Under the pieces are notes generated by a model that had not been told where the DNA came from, made no database searches, and worked only from the letters and a program-made list of their open reading frames with translations. The translations under genes and the position numbers were made by a program. Source: Parvularia atlantis (Eukaryota). Taken from it: DNA of 48,734 bases. The stretch covers positions 1 through 48,734 of the forward strand of contig CALSCO010001459.1 of the NCBI GenBank assembly GCA_943704415.1, given 5' to 3'. Positions within the stretch are counted from its first letter, which is position 1; each line of letters opens with the position of its first letter. This document shows, piece after piece, positions 35,919 to 48,223 of the stretch.

Positions 35919-37122
35919 ATGCGGATCGGCTACCACTTCCCGCCCAAGAAGCTCGCCAAGCAGCGCATCGGCGACCTGCTGCAGCACCTCGCGTGCGTGG
36001 CGGGCGCGTGGCGCGGATCGTCCTGACGTCGTGTGCAGCGCGCAGGGGTGGACGCTCACGCCGATCGACCTCAACCGCCCGCTCGACGCCCAGGGCCCCT
36101 TTGACGTCGTGCGCCGCCCGGCCGCCCGCTCGGCGCGCCCTCCCGGCTCAGCCCGCGGCGGCGCAGGTGCTGCACAAGCTCACGGACCTGATCGTGCGCT
36201 CCGATGACGACCCGGCCGCCGCCGCCCGCCTGCGCGCGCTCAACGACTGGGCCGCCACGCACCCGCGCACGGTCTGGATCGACCCGCTGCCGAGCGTCGT
36301 GCGCCTGACCGACCGCATCGCGACGGCCGATGCGCTGGACGAATGCCTCGCGCGGCATCCGGGTGCGTGCGTGCGTGCGTGCGTGCGTGCGCAGGTGCGC
36401 GCTGGCGGCGGCCTGACGCGCGCGTCCAGGCCTCTTTCGCCTGCCAAACGCCGTTGTGCTGAGCGATGACCGCGACGCCGACGCACTCGTCGGGCTGCGC
36501 TTTCCCGTCGGTGTGCGCGTGCTCGTGCGGTGAGCGTGGTGTGCTGCTGAGCGCCCGCGCACGCCGAGCAGTCGTCAAGACGGCCGCGGCGTGCGGGTCG
36601 CCAGACGCGCACCTGGTGACGATCGCGTTCGAGCCGGCGCAGGTGCTCGCGGCGAGGCGAGGGCGCGTGCTCGTGCAGGAGTTTGTGCGGCACGACAATG
36701 TCATGCTCAAGTGCTACGTGCTCAACGGCAACGTGCGGCTGGACCTGCGGACGTCGATCGAGCTCGGCGCGTCTGCCGAAGCGGTCCAGCTCGACACGCA
36801 GACGCTGTCGAAGCGTGCAGACGCCCACGCCAAGCTCGAGCAGCGCGCGCAGGGCGCGGTCGACCCCGGGCGTCTGCAGCAGATAGCGTGCGCGCTCGGC
36901 GAGACCCTGGTGCGCCTGCACCGACGTTGCTGGGCGCGCAGGCTGATGGCTGTCGCACAGGGCCTGAGCCTGTTTGGCTTTGATCTGATCGTGGAGGGGC
37001 CGTCGGGCGAGCCGCACGTGGTCGACGTCAACTACTTCCCCGCGTACGACGGCGTGGACGACTTTTTCCGCCAGACGCAGGCACTGATCGTTGCCAAGCT
37101 GCGCGCGCGCGACACCATATAG
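35919..37122 (+). CDS. ITPK1: Inositol-tetrakisphosphate 1-kinase (ATP-grasp)
   Basis: IGYHFPPKK; IDLNRPLDAQGPFDVVLHKLTD; IDPLPSV; VVKTAAACGSPDAH; VQEFVRHDNVMLKCYV; GLSLFGFDLI; VVDVNYFPAY. Confidence 0.95.
36362..36391 (+). repeat. (GTGC)n tetranucleotide repeat at an ITPK1 intron 5' end
   Basis: About seven GTGC units, each recreating the GTGCG donor consensus. Confidence 0.85.
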
Positions 37123-37176
37123 GCAGCTGATGATCATCACTTGTTCGCACTTGCAAGCAAACACAAAAAGGGCACG

Positions 37177-40100
37177 TCACACCGCGGCCGTTGTGCCGTT
37201 GATCGTCACGTCGCTCGGCAGGCCCTGGCGCTCGAGCGCCGACAGCACGCGCGACATGAGCTCACGCTCCTTGACGCGCTCGGCCTCGCGCTCGGCCTCC
37301 AACTGGCGTTGCTTCTCCCACATCTCGCGGACCTCCTTGTCGCGCTGCGCGATCTGCCGGCACTCCTCGTCGAGCAGGCGGCGCGTCTCGTTCAGAGACG
37401 CACGCAGCTGCCGCGCCTCCTCGACCGTCTCGCGCGAGCCGCCGCAGCACATGGCCAGATACCGGCTGACTGTGCCGCCACCGTTCTCCATCGTCGCCAG
37501 CTCCGACATCTTCATGTCTTCCTGCGGCTCGTACGCGGCCGGGCCGATGAAGCTGAGCGCCACGGGCAGGAACTGCGCAGCGCGCGAGGCGTGAGACGTT
37601 GAGAGGCGCGCAAGGCGGTCACAGGCGCACCAGCATCGCGTGGAATACACTGAGCACGCAGACGAGGAAAAACTGCTTGAAGAAGACGATGAAAACGTAC
37701 GACTGGCTGACCGAAAGCAGCATGATCGCGAGGAAGGTCGAGAGCGCGCCGTTGATGACGCTGTTGCCGATGTCGGCGATGGCGGCGATGACGCGCTCGT
37801 CGCGCGTGCCCTGCTTGAGCTGCGCGCGGCGCCAGGCGCGGGTCGGCACGCGACTTGGCAGCGCGCGAGCGCACACGCACCATAAAGCAGTGCCCGATGT
37901 GCGCAACGTAGTCCACCGAGAGGCCCACGGCGAGCACGAGGTTGACGGCCGACACCGAGTCGAGCGCAACGTCCCAGAACGTCATCAGGCCGATGATGTC
38001 GAGGATGACGAGCGCGACGCACAGCTCGACCTGCACCGCCCAGCCGCGTCAGCGCACGGCGCGCACGCAGCGCCGCAAGGGCACGCACCAGCAGCGCGAC
38101 GATCGGCTGCGCGATCAGCAGCAGGATGATCACAAAGACAATGATGAGCGACGACAGCAGGCTGCTGTAGATCGAGCTCTCGACCACGGCGTTCTGCTCC
38201 CACGTCAGATAGAGGTACGTCCACGGGAAGGCCTCGATCTCAAGCTCGGCGCACTTGTCGCGCAGGGCGTACATGGCCTGGACCTGTGGCGACGCGGGAC
38301 GTAAGGCCACGAGCGCACACATACGTGGCGGAGCGCACCTCCTCGGGCGCGCTCGACAGCGGCTCGTACGACCAGCGGATGCGCGTCGACAAAATGGCGC
38401 CGTTTGCGCCGGGCCCGAACACGACGTCGTTCGAGTACAACTGGCCCTCGGGTGTCACAAGGAAGGCGCGCAGCCACTCGTTGAACACGGTCGCGTTGGG
38501 CGGGCGGCCGTTGCTGTCGAGCTGGTCCTGCGCGCTCGCCGTGCGTGAGTACCGCCCTCCCGGCGGCGCAACGGCCTGCAGTGTGCACCTTATACTCGCT
38601 GGTGCCGAGCCACGCGATGTACTCGTCGAACCACGAGCGGTAGAAGGCCGAGTTGGTCGGGTACATGAACGCGGTGCCGTTGAGGTCGGCGGTCAGGCCG
38701 GCAAGGAGCGCCTGCACGTCCGGGTTGCCGTACTGCACTGTGCCCGTCGTGACGATGTCGACCTGCCGCGCGGGTGTCTCGTTAGTAACCGCGCTCGCCC
38801 CGCCAGCGCACGGCGCACCGGGTCGCCCAGGTCGACAAACAGGTTTGCGTTCACGTCCTGCGTCACCGACACATACGAGCCGTCCGGCACGAAGCTCGAC
38901 AGGGCGTCCTGCGCGGCGTGCATGCGTGAGCCCAGCCGACGTACGCCTCACGCACGCGCGCGCGACGCACCTTGATCACGACCTGCGTCACGCCCCAGAT
39001 CGACACGCCGGCGAGCGCGAGCGTGGCCAGAATGATGAGCAGGCGCATGGGCCGCTTGAGCACAAACGGCGCCCAGTACACCTCGAGGAAGTAGGGCACG
39101 TAGCCGCTGGATGACGACGGGCGTGAGCGTGAGCGTGAGCGCGCCGCATCCGCGCAGCAGCGCACCGCTTCGTCGGTGAGTCGATCTTCTCGTACGGGCG
39201 GCGGATGCAGCAGCAGCAGTCGAGGCGGCCGTTGGCGATGCGGTGCTCATCGAGCACGAGCGCGCTGCAGAACCAAGTGATCTGGAAAAAATACAGGCCG
39301 ACGGCGGCCAGCGCGGTGAAGACGCAAAACGACTGCAGCGCGGGCAGGGGCGACGTCGCGCCGATGAGAAACGCGAAAAAGTTGGTCAGGCTGCGGCGCG
39401 GCCCCGCGTGAGGCGTCGCTCTTGTTGGTAGCGTCAGCACGATGCGCGCACCTCGTCACGGTGATGGAAACGCCCGCGTGCGCCATGGCCTCGGCCGTGC
39501 GCATCTCGATCGACTCGTGCGGGTCCGTCTGCTGGTACGCGTTGAAGATGATAAACACGTTGTCAACGCCGACCGCGAGCAGCAGGAACGGCAGGACCGA
39601 GTGCACGTAGTTGTACTTGTAGCCGAACGCGCTGGCCAGGCCAAAGCTGAAGGCGATGGCGAAGCCGATGCTGACGATGCCCATGAGCGAGAGCACGACG
39701 CGCGAGCGCAGAAACGAGAATTTGCCGAGGACGACGGCGGTGTAGACAATGATGAGCGCGAAGCCCGCGAGCAGGATGACGACGTCGCTTGTCACGGCCT
39801 CGTTGAACTCGTCCGTGTACGAGCGCTCGGCCTCGGGGTAGACGTAGAGCTGGTCGTTCTCGGCCCGCGTGAGGCTGATGAACGCGAGCTCCCACGTCTC
39901 CGCCGGCAGATCCACGACCGAGCCCCCGAGGACCTGGCCACGGTTGTCGAGCAGATACACGGTCTTGAGCGCGGTCGCGCCGATGATCTGCGTGCGCGCG
40001 CAGCTCGTCGGCATCGCGAGCACGCGCGTGCGTGAGCGTACCTCGCCGCTGTCGTCAAAGTCGATGCCGCCGAGCTGGCGCAGCACCGCGGTCGGGTCCT

Positions 40101-40864
40101 GCCTGTTGCGGGCGTTGATCGTCGCGAGTGGGTCCGCGTCGGCCTCCAGCGCCGCGAGGTCAAAGTTCCAGAGCGAGAGGATGCTGTCGATGTCGCACTC
40201 GGTCGTGCCCGGGCGGAACACGCACAGGTTCTGGAGGTACCACCACTCTGGCGCGTCGCCCTCGCCGCCGCCGTCGTCCGCGCCCTCTTCCTCAACGGGT
40301 ACGGTCACGTTGAGCGCAGCGATCTCGAGGTGCAGGTTCATGGCCGCGACGAGCGCCACCGACGTGAGCGCGTTGTCGCCCTCGCGTGACTCAACGATCA
40401 CGTACGACACGCGCGGCTCATTGGTGTACAGCGCGCCAACTGCGGCGCCGCGTGAGCGTCAACAAGCACGCAGGGGCGGGCGGCGCACCCAAGCCGGCCT
40501 GCTCGAGCGCGACCGAGTCCTGCGGGATCCACAGCTTGTCGCCGCGGTTCTCGATCTCAAACTGGACGCAGCCGATCGCGGCCAGGCCGGCCACGAGCGC
40601 GGCGCAGGTCATGACGCCGGCCGGGTTGCGCGCGCAGAAGCGGCCGATGTGCCAGAAGACGTAGAAGAAGAACGCGTTGCAGGCGTTGCTGATCGCGCGC
40701 AGGCCGCTGTTTACACGATCGTAGCAGCCTGGGTCCGCCTCCGCCTCCTGCTGCTGCTGCTTTTCCTTGAGCGCCTCGCCACTGCCGCCGCCGCTGCTGC
40801 TCGTGCTGCTCGTGCGCGACGCGCCCAGCAGCGCCTCGACTGAGCCCTCTGCCGTGCTGGCCAT
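37177..40864 (-). CDS. Patched/NPC1-family sterol-sensing RND membrane protein (PTCHD3/PTR-like)
   Basis: LWIPQDS; SSD motifs LPFLLLAVGVDNVFII and AGVSITVTSLTNFFAFLIGA; FVPDGSY; VLAVGLSVDYVAHI; INGALSTFLA. An alternative upstream ATG lies at 40927. Confidence 0.93.
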
Positions 40865-41226
40865 CGCGGAGAAAGTGCAGCAGCCACGTGGCCAGATCGC
40901 CGATCCTGTCACTGTTCTGCGTGCCATGCTGGCTGGCGGCAAGGTGGCTGGCGAAGAATGACTGGCCGAGCTACCGACAAGGCTAGGCTGCCCGACACGG
41001 TCGCCGAGGACGCCGCCCACCGCCTGATAAGATGGGCACAGCTCAATCGAGTTCATCGGCGGCCCGGCTCTCCCCATGACCCGGCCCGTTGGGCCCTTGC
41101 CCGCGCATAACCGGTGCGTGCCGCTCGCTGCGCCCGACGCCGTGCGCTGACTTGGTCTTTCTGCTTACTTTCGCATGTGTCGTGCACCAGAGGTTACGTA
41201 GCAACGTTGCCAGAACGCAGAACAGT

Positions 41227-44200
41227 TCACTCGGGAACACCGGCCATGTCCCAGTCAAACGGCCAGAGCTCGCGCAGGAACGGGTCCTTCGGGCGCAGCC
41301 GGCGCAGCTTGAGGCCCTCGGCCGTGAGCGGCCAGCCGTAGGTGACCGGGGCAAAGTGCCAAAACACGGCCACGGTCACGGCGAGCAGTGCCACGGCCAC
41401 CGACGCCTGCAGCGCCGCGCCGCTCCCGCCGCTCCCCAGCCGCTGCAGCGCCCGGTCGAGCACGATCGCCGTGAGGAAGACCGAGAAGATGAATGCCGCA
41501 AAGTAATGGTGCAGGAACAAGCAGCGGTGCATCAGCCAGAACGGCAGGTAGTGCATCGCCCAGGCCACGAGCATGAACCGCCCCTTGCGCAGCAGGTCTG
41601 CCATGAGCGCGCGTGCGCATGAGCCGCCCGTGCACGCACACACGCGGCGCGCACCGCTCGTGCCGGCCTCGCCCATCGTGCGCTCAAGCACGATCAGCAC
41701 CACGTACGCGATTAGGCCCGCAAAGCTCAGCCACCACACAAACGGGTTGCCGAGCAGGTAGATCTGCCACGGCAGCGGCAGATGAGTGCCGGCGGCCCGG
41801 ACGACCGGTGCAGCACGGCACGCACCTGCGTCGCGCCCTCGCTCCAGAAGCTTATGCCCCGGTGCAGCACGGGCCACTCGTATGGCTGTGACTGCCACGG
41901 GTGCGACACGGCGAGGCCTTGCAAGCGAGCGCATCAGCAGGCGCAATGGCGGCGGCGGGCCCTTCGATGCGCCTCACCCTGGTTGTAGAAGTTCATCGCC
42001 TTGAGCAGCTCGATCAGCTTGTCGAAGAACGACAGGTGCTGGCGGACGGGCGGGTGAAGCGGCACTGAGCGCGCAGCGCGTCAAGTCAGGCGCACGAGCG
42101 CACGCGCCCCGGCAGCGCACTCTTGGCGTGCTCGTGCTCGATCACCACCCACAGCAGACCGTCGTGCCTATTAGTCGTGCCGACCTGCGCGTGCCAGGTC
42201 AGCACAGCACTCGTCACAGACGTCGCTGCAGACGCGCCTCGTACAGCCCATTGCCCCACGACGAGGGAAGCGTGCGCGGGTGCGTCACAAGGAGCTCTGC
42301 GTGCATGCCATCGTCACGACCACGGCCAGCACAGGCGCACACCGCACCGCCCGTCGCCGTGTTGCGCAGCCGGAACTGTGTGAACTGCACCAGCAGATCG
42401 CCGTCGTCGAGCTTGATCTCGGGCGTGTAGTGCACGCTCCACACAGTGCGCCTGTCGATGGCCCTGTTGCGCAACGTCAGCCTCGCATGGCGTGCCCAGC
42501 GTCGTAGCGCACAGCTCCTCCGGCACAGCGCCCACGCGGTGCCACCCCGTGCTGCCGGTCGGCATAGCGCCGTTGTCGGCGTACAGGAACAGCTTGGTCA
42601 CGTTCTGGCCCAGCGTCGTGGTGCGGCGTGAGCAGGTGCGCGTGTGCGGCGTTCATGCAAGCGGCCCACGCACGTTCATCAAACGGAATTCGCCGTCGTT
42701 GACGACCATCTGCGCGCCCTTGGTCTTCTTCTTGCCACCGACGGGCACGACCACCCAGTAGTTGAGGTCGTTGCGCAAGTACGAGCCGCTGACCTGCACA
42801 CAGCACGCCGCCGCTGAATACGCGGCGGCCGCGGGTGCCAAAGGGCGCGCGCACCACTGAGAGCGGGAAGTCGACACCCGGCACACGCGTCGCGTTGGCC
42901 GAGAGATAGCCCTCGCACTGGACGTTGCGAATGGTGACCATCGAGTCGTACGCGATCGCTGTCGCGCATCGACGAGCGGCAATCAGCCACGATGCATGCG
43001 CGCCGTCGTCGAGTGAGACGCGGACGCACAGCGCGGGGCGCGCGCGTAGTTGTTGCCGATGAGCTCGTCCTGGAACTCTGCCGACATGAACGCGTCGCCC
43101 GGCCCGCTCTTGGGAAGAAGCGCAAAGTGGACCCAGAAGAAGAGCACAAACATCTGTCGCGCACGCGCACACGTCAGTGCACGCCGTCCTCGGCGCTGCG
43201 ACGGCCCGCACCACGACGGGCAGGATGATCAGGCATGCAGCGCGCGCACGGAAGTGCCGCCACGTCTCCATCTGCGCGATAGGTCAGCGCCCGTGCTCGG
43301 CCGTCGCGGCTGCGTACCAGCGGCTTGCGGATGAGGATGTAGACCAGCTGCTCGACCGTGAACAGGCCGATGACGGCGACGATGAGCACGCCGATCGACT
43401 TCATGCTGATGGCCGTGCCCAGCCAAAAGCCCGTCAGCGATAGCCATGCCCACCACGCGGTCGAGAACGGCCTATGTGAGCGTGAGCGTCGAGCCCGGCG
43501 CCTTCGCGTGCGACGCACGCGTGCTGCTGGTATTTGGAGAACTTGACCCAACTCAGCGTGGCCAGCAAGATCGGGAGCAGCAGCTGCGCGTCCAGCAGGA
43601 TGAAGCGCGACATCGTGATCAGGCCGTTGTCTGCGCCGTCGCACGCGTTAGCGCCCGCGAGGTCAAAGCGTGCCCATTTGTCCACCGAAGCAGATCATCA
43701 GCGCCGCGAGCGCGCTCAGCAGCTGCGACACCTCGAGCTCGCGCAGGATCCAGTAGCCGAGCGGCGCGAGCAGGCCGCCGCTCACGGCCGAGACGGAGCG
43801 CATGGCCGCGTAGGGCACTGCGCGGTGCGGTGTCAGCAGCCGCTCCGCGACGGGAGCGGCCCGGCCGCACCGTTCCACCCGTCGAACGTGTCGTTGATGG
43901 CATAGAACGGGTAGCTGCCGTCGTAGCCGAGCAGCGCGCAGAGCGCGGCCAGGACGAGCTTGGCGAGGGGCGGGTGCAGGTCGAAGAAGTAAGTGCCGCG
44001 GAGGTAGTAGTTGGTGAACTTGCCAAAGTGCACCTCGTCGAAGCTGCGACGCGCAGGCGCGCGCGCGCTGGTCAGCAGGCACGTGCCGCGCACGAGCGTG
44101 CCCGCCACGCACACGACGCGGCGCGGCTCCTCGATCGCCCACAGCCGTAGCGCGAGCGACACGGCCGTGATAACCGAGAGCACGAGCCAGTCGGTCGCGG

Positions 44201-44375
44201 TCAGGAACGTCTGCGGCGCCTTGCCGCGCTCCTCGGCCGCGGCCGCCGCCTTGAGCACGGCCGACCACGCCTCGTGCGCCCACTTGACCCCGCCGCCACC
44301 GCCGCCACCGCCGCTGGGGCCTGCTGCGCTGGTTGTGCCGCTACTCTCACCCTGCCGTCCACGTGGCCGACCCAT
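41227..44375 (-). CDS. PMT: Dolichyl-phosphate-mannose protein O-mannosyltransferase (PMT/POMT) with MIR region
   Basis: VFDEVHFGKFTNYY..TYFFDLHPPLAKL; SRFILLD; GPGDAFMSAEFQ; HPWQSQPYEWP; IYLLGNP; HYLPFWLMHRCLFLHHY. Confidence 0.96.
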
Positions 44376-44416
44376 CCTTGGTGACACAGAACCCTGTCAC
44401 TGAGGCAGCGGCACGC

Positions 44417-47400
44417 TTATTGGGTCGGCTCGGCTTGCGTCGGCTCCAGCATCGGCGCCTCGCCCGGCGGCTCGGCTTGCGTCGGCTCGGCTTGCGTCGG
44501 CTCCAGCATCGGCGCCTCGCCCGGCGGCTCGGACGGCGGCAGCAGCACGACCGGCGGACGTGCCCGCGGCGCTGCGGGCTTACGCGGCCTGCGGGCGGGC
44601 ACGGCGCCGGGCGCTGCCGACGGCGCGCTCTGCTGGAAGGTCAGGCACGGCCACTCAGTCCACAGCGGCCGCACGCACCGAGCGAACAGGCGTCGCGCGA
44701 AAGTCGTCGTCCAGCGAGGCCAGGTTGAGCACGCCCAACAGCGGCGGCGCCGGCGGTAGCGGTGGGAGCGAGCCCCGCAGCGGTATTACGCCCAGCATTG
44801 GCAGCCACGGCATCGGCGGCGGCGGCGGCGGCGGCTGCGACGCCTCGGACACCGGCTCATTCTTGACGACAGGCCGGCGAGGTCCGCGTGGCCGCACCGC
44901 CGTCTGGGGCAGCATGACGACGGGCTCGCCGTCCGGCGGCGGGCAAGGCCTCCGCTGCTGCTCCGAGTGCTGCTTCTTGAGGTAGACCCGGTAGAAGCGC
45001 GAGAGCTCGGGGATGACCAGCGCGTCGGCGAGCTCAGGCGGGCAGCGCTCGCGGATGAGCTCGCGCATGAGGTTGTACACCTGCCGCTGGCAAGCTAGCT
45101 CGTTGTACTTCTTCGGCACGAGCGCACGGCTCTCGGAGCTGTGCGGGCCGGGGTCAGTGGTGCTCCAACAGAGGGTCCGCGCTCACCGCAGCAGGTTCTG
45201 CAGCTCGCCGATGGACATCGACAGCGACATGATACGCACGAGCTGCTCCGTGCACGCAGCCGACCAGCGAAAGACGATCGTCGGCCGGCGGTCGGCCGGA
45301 TTGTTGCCAGCGTCCGTGCTGCGCGGCGGGCCGCGTTAGCCTGCCCTGTCGCGCATGTTGCCAGCAACGACACGCACGTCGCCTTGGCCATCGCGAGGTA
45401 CGGCGCGCGTTCAGCGGCCGGCAGCGTGTCCCACGCCACCTTGAGCTGCGCCTCAACGTCCAGGCGCTGACTCTCGGGCGTGTCGGCCGGCGCGGGAAGG
45501 CTGAGCCGCTGGCGCTCGTCCTCCGTGAACAGCACAAAGGCAAACAACTCTGCCGCAGACGTCAGCCGCGGCTCGCGGCGCGACGCGACCGCACCTTGCC
45601 GCGTGCCCGCCGTCTCGCGATGCACATCCAGCGTCCGCAGCGCGCCGTCTGTGTCGGCCGCGTGAGCCGGCACCGCGGGCCTGTCGGCGCCCGAGCGCAC
45701 TGTCGATCATCATGCGGAACTCGGCCGAGATGACTTCGTTGATGCGCTCGAGGTGCCGGTCGCGCTGCTCCTCCTTGGCGGCGATCATGACCTGGTAGAT
45801 GATGAGCTGTCCGCACGCATCAGCACCGCAAGTGTCGTTATCAGCCGGCGGCGCACCCGCAGCCGCGTCGCCTCGACCGGCAAGAAGTTTAGGTGCGCCA
45901 GATGCACGCCCGATATGCGCAGCCGCAGCACTCGGCCCGGGCCATGCGCGTCGCCCTGGCTGGGCATGGCAGGCCCCTGCGAGCCGTCGGGCGGTGCCGA
46001 CGCGGGCGCCGCCGCCTGCGCGTCCAGCTTGGCCTGCTCCATACGCACGCGCTGGGAGGCGCCATGTCAGCGGACACGCGGTGCGTGGGCACGCGCACCC
46101 TCTCGTCGTGCTTCAGCGCGGCCTCGCCAAACGCGATCAGGGCCATTGACAGCTCTTCGGGCAGGGGTCGCTCCGGCGGATCGAAGGCGTCGCGGTCTGC
46201 GCCGCGTGGTTGGTGGGCACCCGTGCGCAGCAGCCGAAGCGCCCTGCGGCCACGCACGCTGCTCAAACGCCGCGCGCACCGCGTACTGCGCCGTTGCCAG
46301 CTCCGGCTGAACAGGCGCACGCAGTCAGCGCTGATCAGGGCAGCTGCTGCACACGCACGATCGGCGCCGAGGACGTGACCGGTCGCTTGACAATTCGCCG
46401 CAGCTTGGCCGGCTTTGCCCCGGGCACCTGCAGCGCCGCCGGGTCGTCGCCAGCCCCATGCTCGCTCTTGATCGCGACGCCGTTCGCGGTGGGCGCTACC
46501 GGGTCCTTGCGCTTGCGCGGCTTGGATGCGGGCGCGTCTGCCCCGGACGCAGGGTGGCCGGCCGTGCTCGCGTCGTCCATGGCGCCCTTGCCCTTGCGCG
46601 GCTTCTGCGTTGTGCGCGGCCAGTGAGCAGAAGACGCGCCGCTGCGCCCTGCGCACCTTCTTCGCGCCGTCGGCTGCATCAACGCCGTCGGCAGCCGTTG
46701 CGGGCTTCACCTTGCGGCTGCGTTTGGGTTGCCCGCTGTGCATCCGTGCGCGCGCAGTCAGTGCCAGGCCGTACGAGACGCGGCGCGCGCAACTGGTCGC
46801 CGTCGGAGCGCCGCAGCCGCGTGCTCTCGAGGTACTCACGCAGGCCGTCGCCGTCAAACACGAAAAAGTCGTCGCTCCGGTCGACCACGGTCGGCCCGGC
46901 GTCGGCGCCCGTGCCTGTGCCAAACGCGGCGGCGAGCCCGAGCTGCGCCGGCGCGACGACGACGACCTCGTCGCTGTCGTCGATGAACGAGTCGTCGCTA
47001 TCGTACCACTCGTCATCGACGCCGCCAGCCAGGCCCGCCGCCGCACCGCCGCCGCCGCCGCCGCCGCCACTGCCACTGCCACCGGCGCCGTCCTCGTCCT
47101 CGTCGTCGCTCCGGCCCGCCGTGCGCTTCTTCTTGAGCGACTTGCGCTCGGCCTCCTGCGCCGCGCGCGCGCGCCGCTCAGCACCTGGCACGCCGCACAC
47201 CACGCGCCGCACCTGCCACTTGGCGCCGAGACGGTCGAGAAAGGTCGCGGGCGTTTTGCCGGCGATGCGCTCAGCCGCCTCCGCTCCGGCGTCTGCCACC
47301 GCTGCCGCCTCGGCCGCCGCCGCAGCCGCCACAGCCGCCGCAGCCGCCCGCTCCTGCTCGCGCTGCTTCTGCTGACGTGCGTGCTCGAGCGCGAGTAGCC

Positions 47401-47497
47401 GCGGGACGTTGTACCAGTTGCCCCACACGGCCGGCAGCACGACCTGCACCGCGCCGTACGCGGCCGCGACAACGCGCGGCTCGGCATCAGCTTCCAT
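44417..47497 (-). CDS. Ubinuclein/Hpc2-like HIRA-complex subunit with HMG-box-like insert
   Basis: FLDRLGAKW; WYDSDDSFIDDSDE and DDFFVFDG (HUN/HRD); FAFVLFTEDER...LKVAWDTLPAAERAPYLAMAK (HMG-like); IVFRWSAACTEQL (UBN middle-domain-like). Confidence 0.8.
44424..44532 (-). repeat. 57-nt coding tandem duplication encoding EPPGEAPMLEPTQAEPTQ twice
   Basis: The unit at 44424-44480 repeats from 44481 and itself contains 15-nt EPTQA sub-repeats. Confidence 0.95.
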
Positions 47498-47548
47498 GCT
47501 GGCTGGCCGTATCTCTGCGTCCACGTACACACAGTCGTCCAGCAACCG

Positions 47549-48137
47549 TCAACTAAGCTTCACCGCCGCGCCACGCAGCGACAGGTGCTCCTGCACAACG
47601 CTCGGCTGCAGCTGCTGGATGTGCCGAAACACCTCGGCCGAGTGGAACTGCAGGCGCGTCTTCGGGTCGACGTACTTGGCCTGCAGTCATGCGCGGTTGT
47701 GCGGCGCATGAGCGATGGGCGAGCCGCGGCGCGGCGATCGCGCACCGGCAGGCCCGTGATGTCGCAGTACTTCTTGCGTGGCGTGAGCGGCGGCGGCGCG
47801 TCGATGCTCGTGTCTGCAGACGTGCGCGATGATCAGCAGATATGCACACGCAAGACAGAGAGAACGACACGCACACGTCGCGACCGACACCGGCAGTCGC
47901 TCGAACCGCTCCTGCTGCAGGATCTGCTTGAGGTTCTTGCGCCGCCCGGCGTGCGCGCCGAGGCGCGAGCGCGCCTTGAACCGGAGCCCAGCGGCCGCTG
48001 CTGCCGACGCCGCGTCGTCCGACTGCTCCCCGGCGTGCGGCGTGTGCGCGTCAGAACTCGTGCACGTGTGCGATCGCGGCAAAGCAGGCGCGCACCCCGC
48101 CGGCCGCTGCGGGCGCCGCGACGCGCTTGGGCGCCAT
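47549..48137 (-). CDS. IES6: INO80 complex subunit Ies6/INO80C (YL1_C domain)
   Basis: KNLKQIL; YTSIDAPPPLTPRKKYCDITGLPAKYVDPKTRLQF; VQEHLSLRGA. Confidence 0.96.
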
Positions 48138-48223
48138 GTGCGAACGAAGGGCGACGCGCAAAAAGCAACTAATCGGAACACTGCGCCGCCACACTGTCAT
48201 TGTATGCACCCGCATCAGGCGCG

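Noticed and set aside
44424..44532. CRISPR-like or regulatory repeat
   Set aside because: Two adjacent copies without spacers, in frame within a eukaryotic CDS.
44417..48137. Functional chromatin cluster (IES6 next to the UBN/Hpc2-like gene)
   Set aside because: A single adjacency among otherwise unrelated neighbours is compatible with chance.
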